A stretch of DNA of 62,649 bases, counting the filler, from Basidiobolus ranarum (taxonomy: Eukaryota): the NCBI GenBank assembly GCA_040143965.1. It is 17 parts of 17 records of this genome, joined end to end, with 100 filler letters (N's around TTAATTAATTAA, not from the genome) between each part and the next. Parts side by side here need not be neighbours in the genome. Positions count along the whole stretch, not along the records: positions 1 to 3,602 come from JASJQH010002389.1; positions 3,703 to 7,303 come from JASJQH010002390.1; positions 7,404 to 11,003 come from JASJQH010002391.1; 14 more parts are not named here. The stretch is one strand, 5' to 3'. The notes under the pieces are model-generated. The model was given only the letters and a program-made list of their open reading frames with translations. It was not told the DNA's origin and searched no databases. A program made the translations under genes and the position numbers. Positions 1 to 11,103 of the stretch are shown here, piece after piece (position 1 is the stretch's first letter; every line of letters begins with the position of its first letter).

Positions 1-1
1 T

Positions 2-115
<114 letters not shown>

Positions 116-915
116 ATATACAAAAGAATTGGTTTGAATCCCCAACCTTTATTAGAAATAAACTGAATATATTTTCCTCAAAGAAATCGAGTAAATTTTG
201 ATTACAGCCTAATTCTGGGTAAATAGATTCTTCATAGTAATACCTCAATATATCCACGTGTTTCGATATTTCCTTGGTCGGTGAGTTGAATTTGGTGAGC
301 AATGATAATGATGTGTTCCTATTTTAAACATAGGATTGATCAACCAAAAACTGAGTAATATCAACATTACTTTGGACGGAACAGGCTCTCTCTACGTGAA
401 TTCGCGAGAGGCTGAACTTCAATGTACTTGTGTTTATTAAGGAACGAGTTTGGATTAGAATTCAACTGAAGTATTGAATATAGTATGAGCCGCATTGTGA
501 AAGGAAGTCACTTATGCAAACCTATTGATGAGCATAATCCAAAGGTATATGGCTAAATCATCCATATTAGGATAGTGCTACATTGTACAGATAGATACGC
601 TCCAGCTTGAAGGGGAAAATTCCTGGATTTATTGGAGCTGTTGGTGCTTTGTCTGGATTATATCACTTACAGCAGTCACAGTCGATCATATTTACCAAGG
701 ATTTATTTAGGTTGTTGTTAGCCATTTGGAACAAATACCATATTTAGCAGCCACAACCGATTTTATTGGTGCCCCAAAAAGGAAAGAGTCCAAAGCGCTC
801 TACCTTCAAACGATAACCACTTCAATCGGATCTAGATCTGCGGAGTGGTATAAATAGTTCTTATTACATTCCTTTGGGCTGATTATAAATATTGACTTCA
901 GGAACGAAAACTCAA

Positions 916-2020
916 ATGAATCATACAACTCTCTTCCATCAGATCAAATCATCACTTTACCCGATTTCATGAACAGGATCGGTATTACAGCCCTATAGCT
1001 CGGGTCTTACTGGTCGGTTTTGCATGTTTCTACTGTCCTGGTATGTTCAATGTCATTAATGGTATGGATGGTGGTGGTTTAAAGAATGCTAAGAATGGTA
1101 ATATTGCCCTTTCCACTACTTTTGCTGTCTTTGGAGTTTTTGGTAGTAGCTTCTATACCATATGGGTGGTTGTATCTGTCTTCTCATTGTGGCTGTAGCT
1201 AAGCTCTTCATACCGGTTCATTTCTTTACTACAATCATCACGTAAATTAAATTGGTGCGGAGATTTTCGTATTACTACTTCTGCAATTCTTGGTGTTGAC
1301 GCAGGTGTTCTGTGGACGGCACAAAGGGTGCTAATGGTGTCTTACACACCTGAGGGACAGAAGGATAGATGTGTCGGTTACTTCTAGATCATCTTCAACT
1401 TAGGCGGTATTATGAGAGCCTTCATTCCATTCAGTCTGCTGTCCGTCCACTTTTATCGCGTTCTTAGTGATTATGATTGATGGTAAATTCATTGGACTGC
1501 TGATTCTTCCACCCGAGAAGGTGATTCGTGCTGATGATTCTCGTGTTGAAGTCGATAAATTCAACAGCGTGTAAACGGATATCAAGGAGATTTTGAAACT
1601 ATTCCTCGATAAAAATATGCTACTCTTAACTCCAATTTCTCTTGCTTCCAATTAGTTTTATTCCTAGCAATTTGGTGATATCAACGGTGTACTATTCAAT
1701 GTCCGTACTCGTTCCTTCAACAATGCCTGATATTGGGCATTTCAAATGCTGGATGCTTTCTTATTAGGCTCTTTCCTAGTAGCTTGACCAATGATTCTAC
1801 TGTACCTGCTCGCTATTCCGGTTAATGCAAGGGAATTTAATCGGCTGGTGATGACATTGCATGGAGAGTTGATGCGGTTGATACTCTTTACATATTTGAA
1901 TTCAACATTTGTTGGGCTCTTTTGGCTGCATGCTTCTCATGCACTTGGTTTGCTACTCGCAATGTAACCGAAACCGCAATACATGACGAGAAGCCATGTA
2001 GCCTGGAGTTTCTCATAATA
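916..2020 (+). pseudogene. UNC-93-like MFS transporter pseudogene (boundaries approximate)
   Basis: Fragments VGFACFYCPGMFNVINGMDGGGL and LPPEKVIRADDSRV..KNMLLLTPISLASN*FYS*QFGDINGVLFNVRTRSFNN; several in-frame stops and frameshifts. Confidence 0.8.
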
Positions 2021-2151
2021 GATTTAGACCGTAGTATTTTTAGAATAGTTAATATTGAATCTTTGTGTAAGGCTTGCTAGTAAAGAAGGCAAAGTAACAT
2101 TTGGATATATCTATTGTAGTAATGAGACTAGTGTAATTTATGGACATAAAC

Positions 2152-2547
2152 TTATTTACGGAGATCAGAAGCTCCCTAATATGCCTTCATAGTTGTAATC
2201 TTGTACTGATCGTTGAACTGCATTACGTCAATAGAAGTGATTGTTTCCCCACCATTTAATTCTACTCTGATTGTCATAGCCGCGCTTTTAGCAAAAGATC
2301 CAGTTATTGGTGAGATAATCGAAACGCTTTTGACCGTTTTTGCGGCAGTCTCAAAAAATCCAGTAATTTGTTGACGATCAGTCAATGGTTCACTTCCAAC
2401 AGGGTCATGAACCACAGCGTCCTCTGCAAACAATTGTAGAATTCTCGATGGTTCACGTGCATTTAAGCCATCAACATACTCTTGCAAACAGTGCTTAATT
2501 TTGTCTTGCTCTAGCGCCTTTTGATCACCCAATTTGAGAAAACTCAT
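2152..2547 (-). CDS. Ketosteroid (steroid delta-) isomerase-like NTF2/SnoaL-fold protein with an in-frame TAG at 2176-2178
   Basis: QEYVDGLN..LFAEDAVVHDPVGSEP..IDVMQFN..MKAY*GASDLRK*. KSI-type Tyr/Asp/Asp positions are present; TAG sits where the family has Trp (AYW). Intronless. Confidence 0.8.
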
Positions 2548-2968
2548 TGTGTTATGATTTTACTTTCTGGTAGATTATGCAGAGGATGCGATGGAATACA
2601 GTAAATTGAGAATATGATGAGTGACGGATTTTATATACCATTTTTTATTTCAAAAGGATTACTAAGCAAATTTACCCAATTAGAAGCAATTGATGACAGC
2701 GACAAACAGCTGACTACGCCTACATGAAAATTTCTCTATCGCAATAATCATGCAAATGGTAAACTAATGGCCAACTCGCTAATTTTAACTGCAATAGTAT
2801 AATAAATGTCACTGCTCAATCCCATATATATACTATTAAAGCATAATCTATTAGTATTCTCATTTATACTTCTGGCAATGAAGAGTAATATCTCGTCAAG
2901 TGGCATTTCTTGATGATATCAAAAGTTATTTATTGGTAACGATATGTGTAGTGAAGTCATAGGAACAC

Positions 2969-3601
2969 TCAAGCAGGTAAGCGCTTGATAAAATCACGTA
3001 CAGTGGTAGTTTGAATATTTGTATATCTTGCAATATCGTTGATTTTCTGATATGCATATCCACTACCAAGAAATCTCTTCAGTTCTTCAACAAACGCTAG
3101 ATATGGGTGCTCAAACTTAGTTCTGCTAAGGATAGAAATTGCTTTCTCTGCGGAATAATATGTAACAGAGAGCTTCACATTTTGGATATTTTCAATGTCT
3201 GACACGATCTCATTCAGGGTCTTGACATCGGCTACAAGATTAATTTCTTGATTTTGACTCTCTGGATCCGCGAGAATTGCAACTACAAACTCTCCTACAT
3301 CATAACGAGTAGTCCAGGACACTAAAGCATTACCATCTCCAACAATGCTAACTTTCTTGTTGGCAAGATCAAAGCCAAGTTCAGGGAGGAATATTATATC
3401 GGTAAAGAAGCCAGTATTGAGAAAGGTCCATGTCATGGTGTACTGATGTTTTATAAGCTCCTTGCGTACAATGCTTTTGGGGCTGAGTTCAACCTCATCC
3501 ATAATCTTGAAGTCAACTTCTAGGTTACTGAGTCCACGAAGGTCGACTCCAAATTCAGAAGGTAAGAAACGCTTAACACCAGCTTCAACAGCGGCATTGA
3601 T
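2969..3601 (-). CDS. NmrA/isoflavone reductase-like atypical SDR (5' truncated at contig edge)
   Basis: The frame is open to the contig end: INAAVEAGVKRFLPSEFGVD...WTFLNTGFFTD...GDGNALVSWTTRYDVGEFV. Confidence 0.88.
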   Translation of the reverse strand: MNAAVEAGVKRFLPSEFGVDLRGLSNLEVDFKIMDEVELSPKSIVRKELIKHQYTMTWTFLNTGFFTDIIFLPELGFDLANKKVSIVGDGNALVSWTTRYDVGEFVVAILADPESQNQEINLVADVKTLNEIVSDIENIQNVKLSVTYYSAEKAISILSRTKFEHPYLAFVEELKRFLGSGYAYQKINDIARYTNIQTTTVRDFIKRLPA

Positions 3602-3602
3602 A

Positions 3603-3702
3603 NNNNNNNNNNNNNNNNNNNNNNNNNNNNNNNNNNNNNNNNNNNNTTAATTAATTAANNNNNNNNNNNNNNNNNNNNNNNNNNNNNNNNNNNNNNNNNN
3701 NN
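3603..3702. other. Artificial contig-joining spacer (first of 16)
   Basis: N44-TTAATTAATTAA-N44 recurs at 7304, 11004, 14703, 18401, 22097, 25792, 29487, 33179, 36871, 40562, 44251, 47937, 51619, 55299 and 58977. Intervening contig lengths fall steadily from about 3602 to 3578. Confidence 0.98.
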
Positions 3703-4516
3703 CAAAGAAGCCCCGAACTTTGCATACATGTTCCTAGGCCCGTCCTTATCTCATTCTAGATGTTTTTTTGCTTATATCTTGACAATACTTTAGATATCAA
3801 GTGAGTTGTCAAGAAATCACTTAGTGAAAACCACCATTTGTGCTAGTTCTCCAAACCACTTCCAACAAGCTCCCAAATACTTTAACAGATAAATGAACGT
3901 GTAGAGTACAAAGTTTGGGAAAATTGTATAATCTTCAAACTTCCAAGTTAGGCTTAATATTGTGCCTAAATTCCATGAAGATATTGAATAATAACAGTAA
4001 AGTTTAGGTAGCTAGCTATATGACTATACACATGCTTAAGCTATGTCATTTTCAGCAGCAATCACTATCTTGGACTACACTTTTATATTGCATATGTTCT
4101 TTATATCTTCTTGCTCTAGATCTAAGATACTTGTGTGTTCTGCATGAGGAGATCAATGGTTGTCCCAGTGGGTATTGACTGTTAAGTATTTTGGGAGTTT
4201 GTTGGAAGTGGTTTGGAGAACTAGAACAAATGGTGGTTTTCACTTATTGATTTATTGAGTATTCAGTTGATATTTATAGTTTTGTCAAGATATAAGCAAA
4301 AAAACATATAGAATGTGTTAAGGAAGGTCCTAGGAACATGTATGCAAAGTTTGGGGCTTCTTTGAAAAATCTATATATCTGAGAACTAAGTTGGTAAAAA
4401 ATATTCCAAGTAAATTCCGATTGAGAATGATGGGTAATATCTTAATGAAATATGAGATAACTAAGTACTAAGCTATATATGAATATATAGGTGTTTAGGC
4501 AAAGCTAATTTCAACA
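3703..4516. mobile_element. Cluster of copia LTR family A copies (partial + 3703-3887, partial - ~3900-4030, complete - 4180-4516)
   Basis: Matches the LTR at 30057-30404; TGTTGAAATTAGC...ACTTAACA termini on the minus strand. Confidence 0.85.
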
Positions 4517-5362
4517 TTATCTACTTCTTGACAAAAGTATAAATGTCAATTCTCCAAATTACTTCCAACAACTCCCAAAATACTTCAACGATCACTGAGC
4601 TATGAGTACACTGCAGGTATATCCTAAGTATCATGTTGCAACCGTGACCCATGTGAACACTGAGAGCCAACTTACCACTGACTTCTTCACAGAAAACGTT
4701 ATAACCTGCTCATACGTTACACAAAAATATCTACACAGATATCATATAGTAACTGGTTAATGCTTAAACCATTGAAAATAAAGAAATAAGCACAACCAAG
4801 AAAGAGGTAAAAAACTGTCATATCATAACCAACTTTTATCCAAGCAGCTAACCTTGGCTGAAAAAAACGAATTTAGATTCAGTCAGGGTATGTAATCCAA
4901 CTTACATCTCATTTCTGATCCATAAGCTTTCCAACCTTAATATACAATGTTGCAACTTGATGATACTTATATACAACATCTCAACTGCCAAATCAACCGC
5001 TGTATTGTAAGCTCGTGTTAGTAGTCCGATCAATGAGAGTAAACTATAATTAAACAAAGCAATAGTATATGTACTGAAAACTCTAGGTTTACCAGACCAT
5101 TGTCTATATTATTAACCAACAACAGCCTTTGGAATTAATTCAAAATTCGTTTTGATAGGTAAAGAATGCTTTGCCACACAAGTATTAATTTGTTCCATAT
5201 CATTTTGCAATCAGAATGTAAATTTCGAATTTAGTTCGATCAGTCATTACAGATACATACATAGAGATTACTAATCCAACTACATCAGTTGAAATAGCAG
5301 CTGCTACACTGGTATGCTTGAAAGCTTATCTCTTTAGAATACTACCAAAGTTCTTTTTGAAA

Positions 5363-6255
5363 ATGGCCTCTTACTTTGGTTAGTATTCACTTTTCTCTTT
5401 CATAATCTTCTTGATCGTAACTAATTCTATACGTGTAAAAATTCATCTTTACCTGAACTCGTAGATGATCATAACATAACTGAAACGAATGAAGCTCCTA
5501 CCGAGGTGAATTTACTTTCAGCCATTGAGTGAGTAACTTGTTTTATTTGCTGAATATAGTATGTGAGGAGAAAAGGGAGGGATAAATGTTGGTCTTACTG
5601 TTATACTAAATCGATCTTTGTATTCAAATTATTTTACCTTTACCTCTTAGTTTCTTCAATACTCTGAGATCACACCAATTCACTGACGGTCCCAACCCAT
5701 TGGATTCCATGATTTCTCAACTATTGGACGAAGCTAGTTCACAGTAAGTAATGCCTCATATTGTACATGTACCACAGCATCTATAACGAATAAAACTCTA
5801 GAGAACGAGGCACACCACCAGCTTCCAAGGCTTTCATACGTAAGCTACCTGAGATCAAGTCCACTAGTATGAGCAAAGGTAAATAAGCGGGAACCCATTT
5901 GCTGAGTATATATGAATCTTATCCTTTGCATTAATTTAGAAGATATATGTTCCATATGTAATGAACATTATACAAGTCCCTCCAGTACTCAAGAATCTTG
6001 TACTCGCTTACCTTGTGCTCATGATTTCCATAAGGAATGTATTCTCCCATGGTTAGAATTGGTGAGTATATAAAATAGGAGAACTGTGAAATAGGATTTT
6101 TTTACTAAATGATAATTCTATAGCATAATACCTGCCCAGTTTGTAGACGTGAGGTCCATTCTGACGATCCCAACTGGCAACGTAAAAATCCTGATTCCTA
6201 CATACCGTATGATGAGGATTCTGAAGCAGACTTGAATTGGTCAATGTACGGATAA
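5363..6255 (+). CDS. RNF181-like RING-H2 E3 ubiquitin ligase, 6 exons, apparently intact
   Basis: Manual GT-AG splicing keeps the frame: MASYF|DDHNITE..SAID|FFNTL..ASSQ|ERGTPPASKAFIRKLP..K|EDICSICNEH..RLPCAHDFHKECILPWLEL|HNTCPVCRREV..WSMYG*. Confidence 0.9.
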
Positions 6256-7403
6256 AAAGCATCACAATATATTGGATAATAAACGAATTTAATGATTAAC
6301 CATATGTTTATTTATGTACATGTTATCAATATTCCATATGGCAAATTGATACTTCAACGAAGAAGAGCTGACGAACGGATATATATAATATTCTATCTCT
6401 AAAAATAATAATGTTAATATGAGGAAACTCATTGTAGTGTTTCTTGCAACAATAATGTGACTCAGATTTTAGGCTGTATGCTTATAGTATCGCCACGGAT
6501 AAGATAGTACGACTGGGGCGGCAAAGCGATCATCATATCACATTATGTATTGAAGAATATAAATTTTGAATGAATTACTTACCATGCTTCGGAGAAGGAT
6601 GAGGAATACTTAACTAAAATGATGAAATATATATGCACTTTTCAACTAGTGAACCCAGGGCACCCCTGCTAAATATAATGGTTTTTTTTCACTGGACCAA
6701 TTAAAAATGAGCTAGATGATTAAAAATAGGATATTTGAAAGAAATATTTGGGTTAATTTTGGAATTATTAATTCAAAACACTCGTGAAAATTAGTAGATG
6801 ATGGAAATAATATCTACCGCATTCATCGGAAGCAGATAATTTCAAAACTGTGATGAAACACTATAGATCATTATGGTATACGAGGATGAATGGATTGTTA
6901 AGCATTTATCTCTATTATTTTACCAAATGAACTCTTGCTATAATAGTCAAGCAGGTGAGCCGGAAAATTCGAACTCGGAATAGCACAATTAAAAATCCTC
7001 GACTGCACGTTGTTCTAATACGTGATATATCGTACGAGCCCTTGTAGAAAGCATGCGCCATATTTCGGCTATTAATTCCAGCTATCCACATTTCACTAAA
7101 TATCCCATATAGAGAACTTAATCAAGTATTACAAATCAACGGCAATGCCAACACACTATCGTTCATCAAGGTTCCCTTACTGTACTAAAGTGGCACGGCA
7201 TTGTCAATCAAACTATTTGCTTCGTATCATGCAGCAACAGGTTGTTTAATGTAGGGACTAAGGGTAGTGTCTTGACAGTTATTGGAGTCCTATTAGTCAA
7301 TTANNNNNNNNNNNNNNNNNNNNNNNNNNNNNNNNNNNNNNNNNNNNTTAATTAATTAANNNNNNNNNNNNNNNNNNNNNNNNNNNNNNNNNNNNNNNNN
7401 NNN

Positions 7404-7579
7404 GTTCTCTGTGATAGTGCCAGATTGTGCTGTATATATCATATTGGATAAAGTATTCTAAAATTTATGCAGCACAATTTGGCACTATCCATCACCCTCT
7501 GGCATGATCAATTTCAATCACATTTACTTTAATATATTGATCCAAGGTCTGATAAATCCTGGCACAATGGAACAAGTCC
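7404..7579. mobile_element. MITE copy (same family as 23387-23564), left tip cut by contig edge
   Basis: Ends in GAACAAGTCC; internal inverted repeat GATAGTGCCAGATTGTGCTG/CAGCACAATTTGGCACTATC. Confidence 0.85.
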
Positions 7580-8699
7580 AGTATCTACCCAAATGGAGAC
7601 AAATCTTAACCTAACCTATAATGGCTCAAAACAGATATTCTTGGATCAAAATCAAAGGCAGAAACTTGCTTATTAATCTATGGTTGGAAGCTTGATATGT
7701 ATCATGGTTTGAACATTGCCAGATGCTATATATTCAGTGGGAGATATGTGCCAATATTGTCAAAAATATGGATCTGTTCAAATCAGAGCAGTTAAGTGGA
7801 TTTTCAGATATTTTAAAAATAGAGTGAATCTGTGCTTAATATACTCATATTCTGAATCAAACTTTGATCTGATGGGGTATTCATATGCAAATTGAGGAAG
7901 TGATATTGAAGACAGAAGATATCAAAGAGGATACTTATTTTTTGCTGTATTGCAGCTATTCCTTGAAATTCAAAGAAACAACCTACCATAGCACTTTCAA
8001 CAACAGAAACAGAATATATGGCTTCCTGTGAAGTTACAACAGAAGCAGCATAGTTAAGAAAGCTCTTGACAGATTGAGACTTTTGTTAAAATCCACCGAC
8101 TACAATATTTTGGGATAATCAAAGTTATAACAAATTTGCTAGAAGTCCCACATTCTCTAATAGAACCTAACATATAGATCTTGGACCTCATTTCATTGGA
8201 GAGACTATAGAGAAAAAGTTAATTGACTTAACTTATTGCTCTACAAAAGACATGATTGCTGATATATTTACCAAACCATTAGCTGGATGGAAATTTGATA
8301 AATTTATACCTCTCCTAGGACTAGTTTACATGACTATTTAGTTGAGGGAGAGTATTGAAATTAGCATTGCCTAAACACCTAAATAGCTATATATGACTTA
8401 GTACTTAGTTATCCTATATTTCACCAAGATAGTACCCATTATTTACAATTGGAATTTACTTAGATTATTCACAACAACTTGGAAGTTGTCAAATATATAG
8501 ATTTTTCAAACTTATGCTAGACATCCAACACCTTGCACACATGTTTCCGGTACCTTCCTTAGCACATCTTACACATATTTTGCTTACATCTTGATAAAAC
8601 TATAAATGTCAACTTTCTACTATATAAATTAGCAAGTGAAAGCCACCAATTTCTCTAATTCTCCAAATCACTTCCAATAGGCTCCCAAATACTTTAACT
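7580..8699 (+). mobile_element. Degenerate Ty1/copia 3' end: RT end/RNase H, PPT, 3' LTR family A (8353-8699)
   Basis: NSKKQPTIALSTTETEYMA and YCSTKDMIADIFTKPL; PPT AGTTGAGGGAGAG directly before the LTR; many stops. Confidence 0.9.
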
Positions 8700-8947
8700 G
8701 CACCAATACAGCTGATGAAGAGAACTTTCAGCTACAACTAAATCTGCAATGGCACCTTAACATAGGATTTCCTCCGCTTTGGAAAAAGAACCTCAGTGGG
8801 AGTATGTTGCTTGAATGGTGGATTCTCTTTCAGCATCTAATATAATATACCAATGGAGGTACTACTCTTCACACCATTAATCATTGTATCATGAAAGAGA
8901 GGCTAAATATTTTCACAATACAATGAATAAAAACCAAAGGATTTTAT

Positions 8948-9240
8948 TGTGAACTGCTTATTGACTTGTTGAGTAGAAAGTTGACATTTACAGTTTCAAC
9001 TAGATGTAGAGAAACAAAGATGTAGAATGCGTTAAAGAGGGTGACAGGAATATGTGTGCAAAGTTTGGCGCTTCTAGCGCAAGCATAAAATATCTATATA
9101 TCAGAGAACTTCCAAGTTGGTTAAAATATTGTAAGTAAATTCCAACTTAGAAAGGTGAGAGACATCTTAGAAGAATATGGAAAACTAAGTACTTAGCTAT
9201 ATACTTTTACTTAGATGTTTATACTATGCTAGTTTCAACA
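8948..9240 (-). mobile_element. Partial copia LTR family A
   Basis: Reverse-complement similarity to LTR A, ending TTTCAACA. Confidence 0.8.
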
Positions 9241-9905
9241 CCTGAGTTGGAGGCATTTTGGCTGAATAATTCTCTAATATTTGTTTGAATTCAGTAATAA
9301 CACAAGTTTCACTATTACTACTTTATAGTTTTGGATCACTCATGTTGACTCTTCTATAAATGATAAATTTGTGCAATGTGCATTGTGCTGTTGAATGTTG
9401 TAAAATTCAATTGCAACTCGGTAAGTAACATAGGAATATTGGGAGAGTATAATCAAACATATTTCCGGACCAAGCAGCACAACGATTATCAAAGGTGCTG
9501 TTAGAGGGCATATTTGTATTCAGGTCAGGTTAGGATGGCACTGACAAGGATAAAAGAAACCTCGGAGGCATTTGGATATTATACACTAAGAATCTAAAGT
9601 CCATAACTTACTTGGTGTTGATGGAATAGCTGTAATCTTGATAGTACCACTACGTCAATAGAAAGATGACAGTTAATCGTTTTAATTGATGGAGAAATAT
9701 TCACTTTTCTTGTCACTGAGTACTTGATAGTATAGCTACAGCTTCTGACAATTGCTAATTGACATAAATCATCGGCCGATTAATTCAATCGAATTTCAAA
9801 CCCGGTATTTCTTTATTAATAGGCATGCTGAAAGGAGATTTCTCAACCAAGTATTTTTTGAGAGTTCTATGCTAGATGACTCACCTTTTCAAAATTCCTT
9901 ATAAC

Positions 9906-11003
9906 TCACAACCAAGTCTTAAAGTAACGAATGTATATAGTTTTAACCGTCTGTGTTAACAGGCAATAGGCAACTAATGCTGAAAACAAATATGGATAAT
10001 ACATCCCTGGCAGAGTGACCATAGAAAGTGCATCTTTAAGAGGGGTAAATGGAATAACAAAGCCAATCACCATAACAGTAATAGTAGAGAAAAGTAATGG
10101 CAAGGATGCACGACTTTGGAAAAATGGAATGAGGGGGGTTCGAATCATATGAACAATCAAAGTTTGGGTGAGTAATCCAATAACGAACCACCCAGTTTGG
10201 AAGAGGGCTTGCATTTCAGGAGTGTTCACTCCAAAATAGAACCACATGTAGATGAAAGTAGAGACATCAAAGATTGACGAGATGGGTCCAATGAAAACCA
10301 TAAATTTGAGAATTCCTTTGGCAGACCATGCTTGAGGTGTGTGTAGAAATTCGTCATCCATATTATCCCAGGGAATGGCGATTTGAGAGATATCGTAGAG
10401 TAAATTCTGTACCAGAACATGTATAGGAAGCATAGGAAGGAATGGAAGCCAGATAGATGCTACTAACATACTGAAGACATTGCCGAAATTAGAAGAAACA
10501 GCCATCTTGATATACTTGATAGTGTTGCCGTAAGTAATACGGCCACGGATAACACCATCCACCAAAACCATTAGATCCTTCTCGAGAAGGATAATATCGG
10601 CTGATTCTTTGGCAATGTCGGTACCAGTGTCAACAGATATACCGCAATCGCTTTCACGGAGTGCAGGTGCATCATTTATACCATCCCCGAGAAACCCAAC
10701 AATATGCCCCTTTGCTTTTAGTGCGCGAATAACCTGAGCTTTCTGCATTGGAGTAAGTTTGGCAAAGATTGTCCCTTCTTCAACAACAGCCGAGAACTGT
10801 TCCTCGCTTAGATTTTCAAGATCGGTAGTTGAAACAATAGAATTAACCGGAAGTTGGATTTCGTTGCAAACTTTTTTGCACACCGCAGCAGCATCACCGG
10901 TCAGAACTTTAACAGTAACCCCATTTTCCCGGAGTTCACGGATAGCTTGCGTGGTGCTTTGTTTTGGTGGGTCTAAGAAAGCGACATATCCGGCAAATAT
11001 CAT
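9906..11003 (-). CDS. mgtA: Magnesium-importing P-type ATPase (type IIIB, MgtA/MgtB-like), C-terminal part
   Basis: FLDPPK, LTGD, GFLGDGINDAPAL, DIAKESADIIL, YIKMAVSSNFGNVFS, PFLPM, QNLLYD, FQTGWF, QTLIVHMIRT; 365 aa uninterrupted; 5' truncated. Confidence 0.93.
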   Translation of the reverse strand: MIFAGYVAFLDPPKQSTTQAIRELRENGVTVKVLTGDAAAVCKKVCNEIQLPVNSIVSTTDLENLSEEQFSAVVEEGTIFAKLTPMQKAQVIRALKAKGHIVGFLGDGINDAPALRESDCGISVDTGTDIAKESADIILLEKDLMVLVDGVIRGRITYGNTIKYIKMAVSSNFGNVFSMLVASIWLPFLPMLPIHVLVQNLLYDISQIAIPWDNMDDEFLHTPQAWSAKGILKFMVFIGPISSIFDVSTFIYMWFYFGVNTPEMQALFQTGWFVIGLLTQTLIVHMIRTPLIPFFQSRASLPLLFSTITVMVIGFVIPFTPLKDALSMVTLPGMYYPYLFSALVAYCLLTQTVKTIYIRYFKTWL

Positions 11004-11103
11004 NNNNNNNNNNNNNNNNNNNNNNNNNNNNNNNNNNNNNNNNNNNNTTAATTAATTAANNNNNNNNNNNNNNNNNNNNNNNNNNNNNNNNNNNNNNNNN
11101 NNN

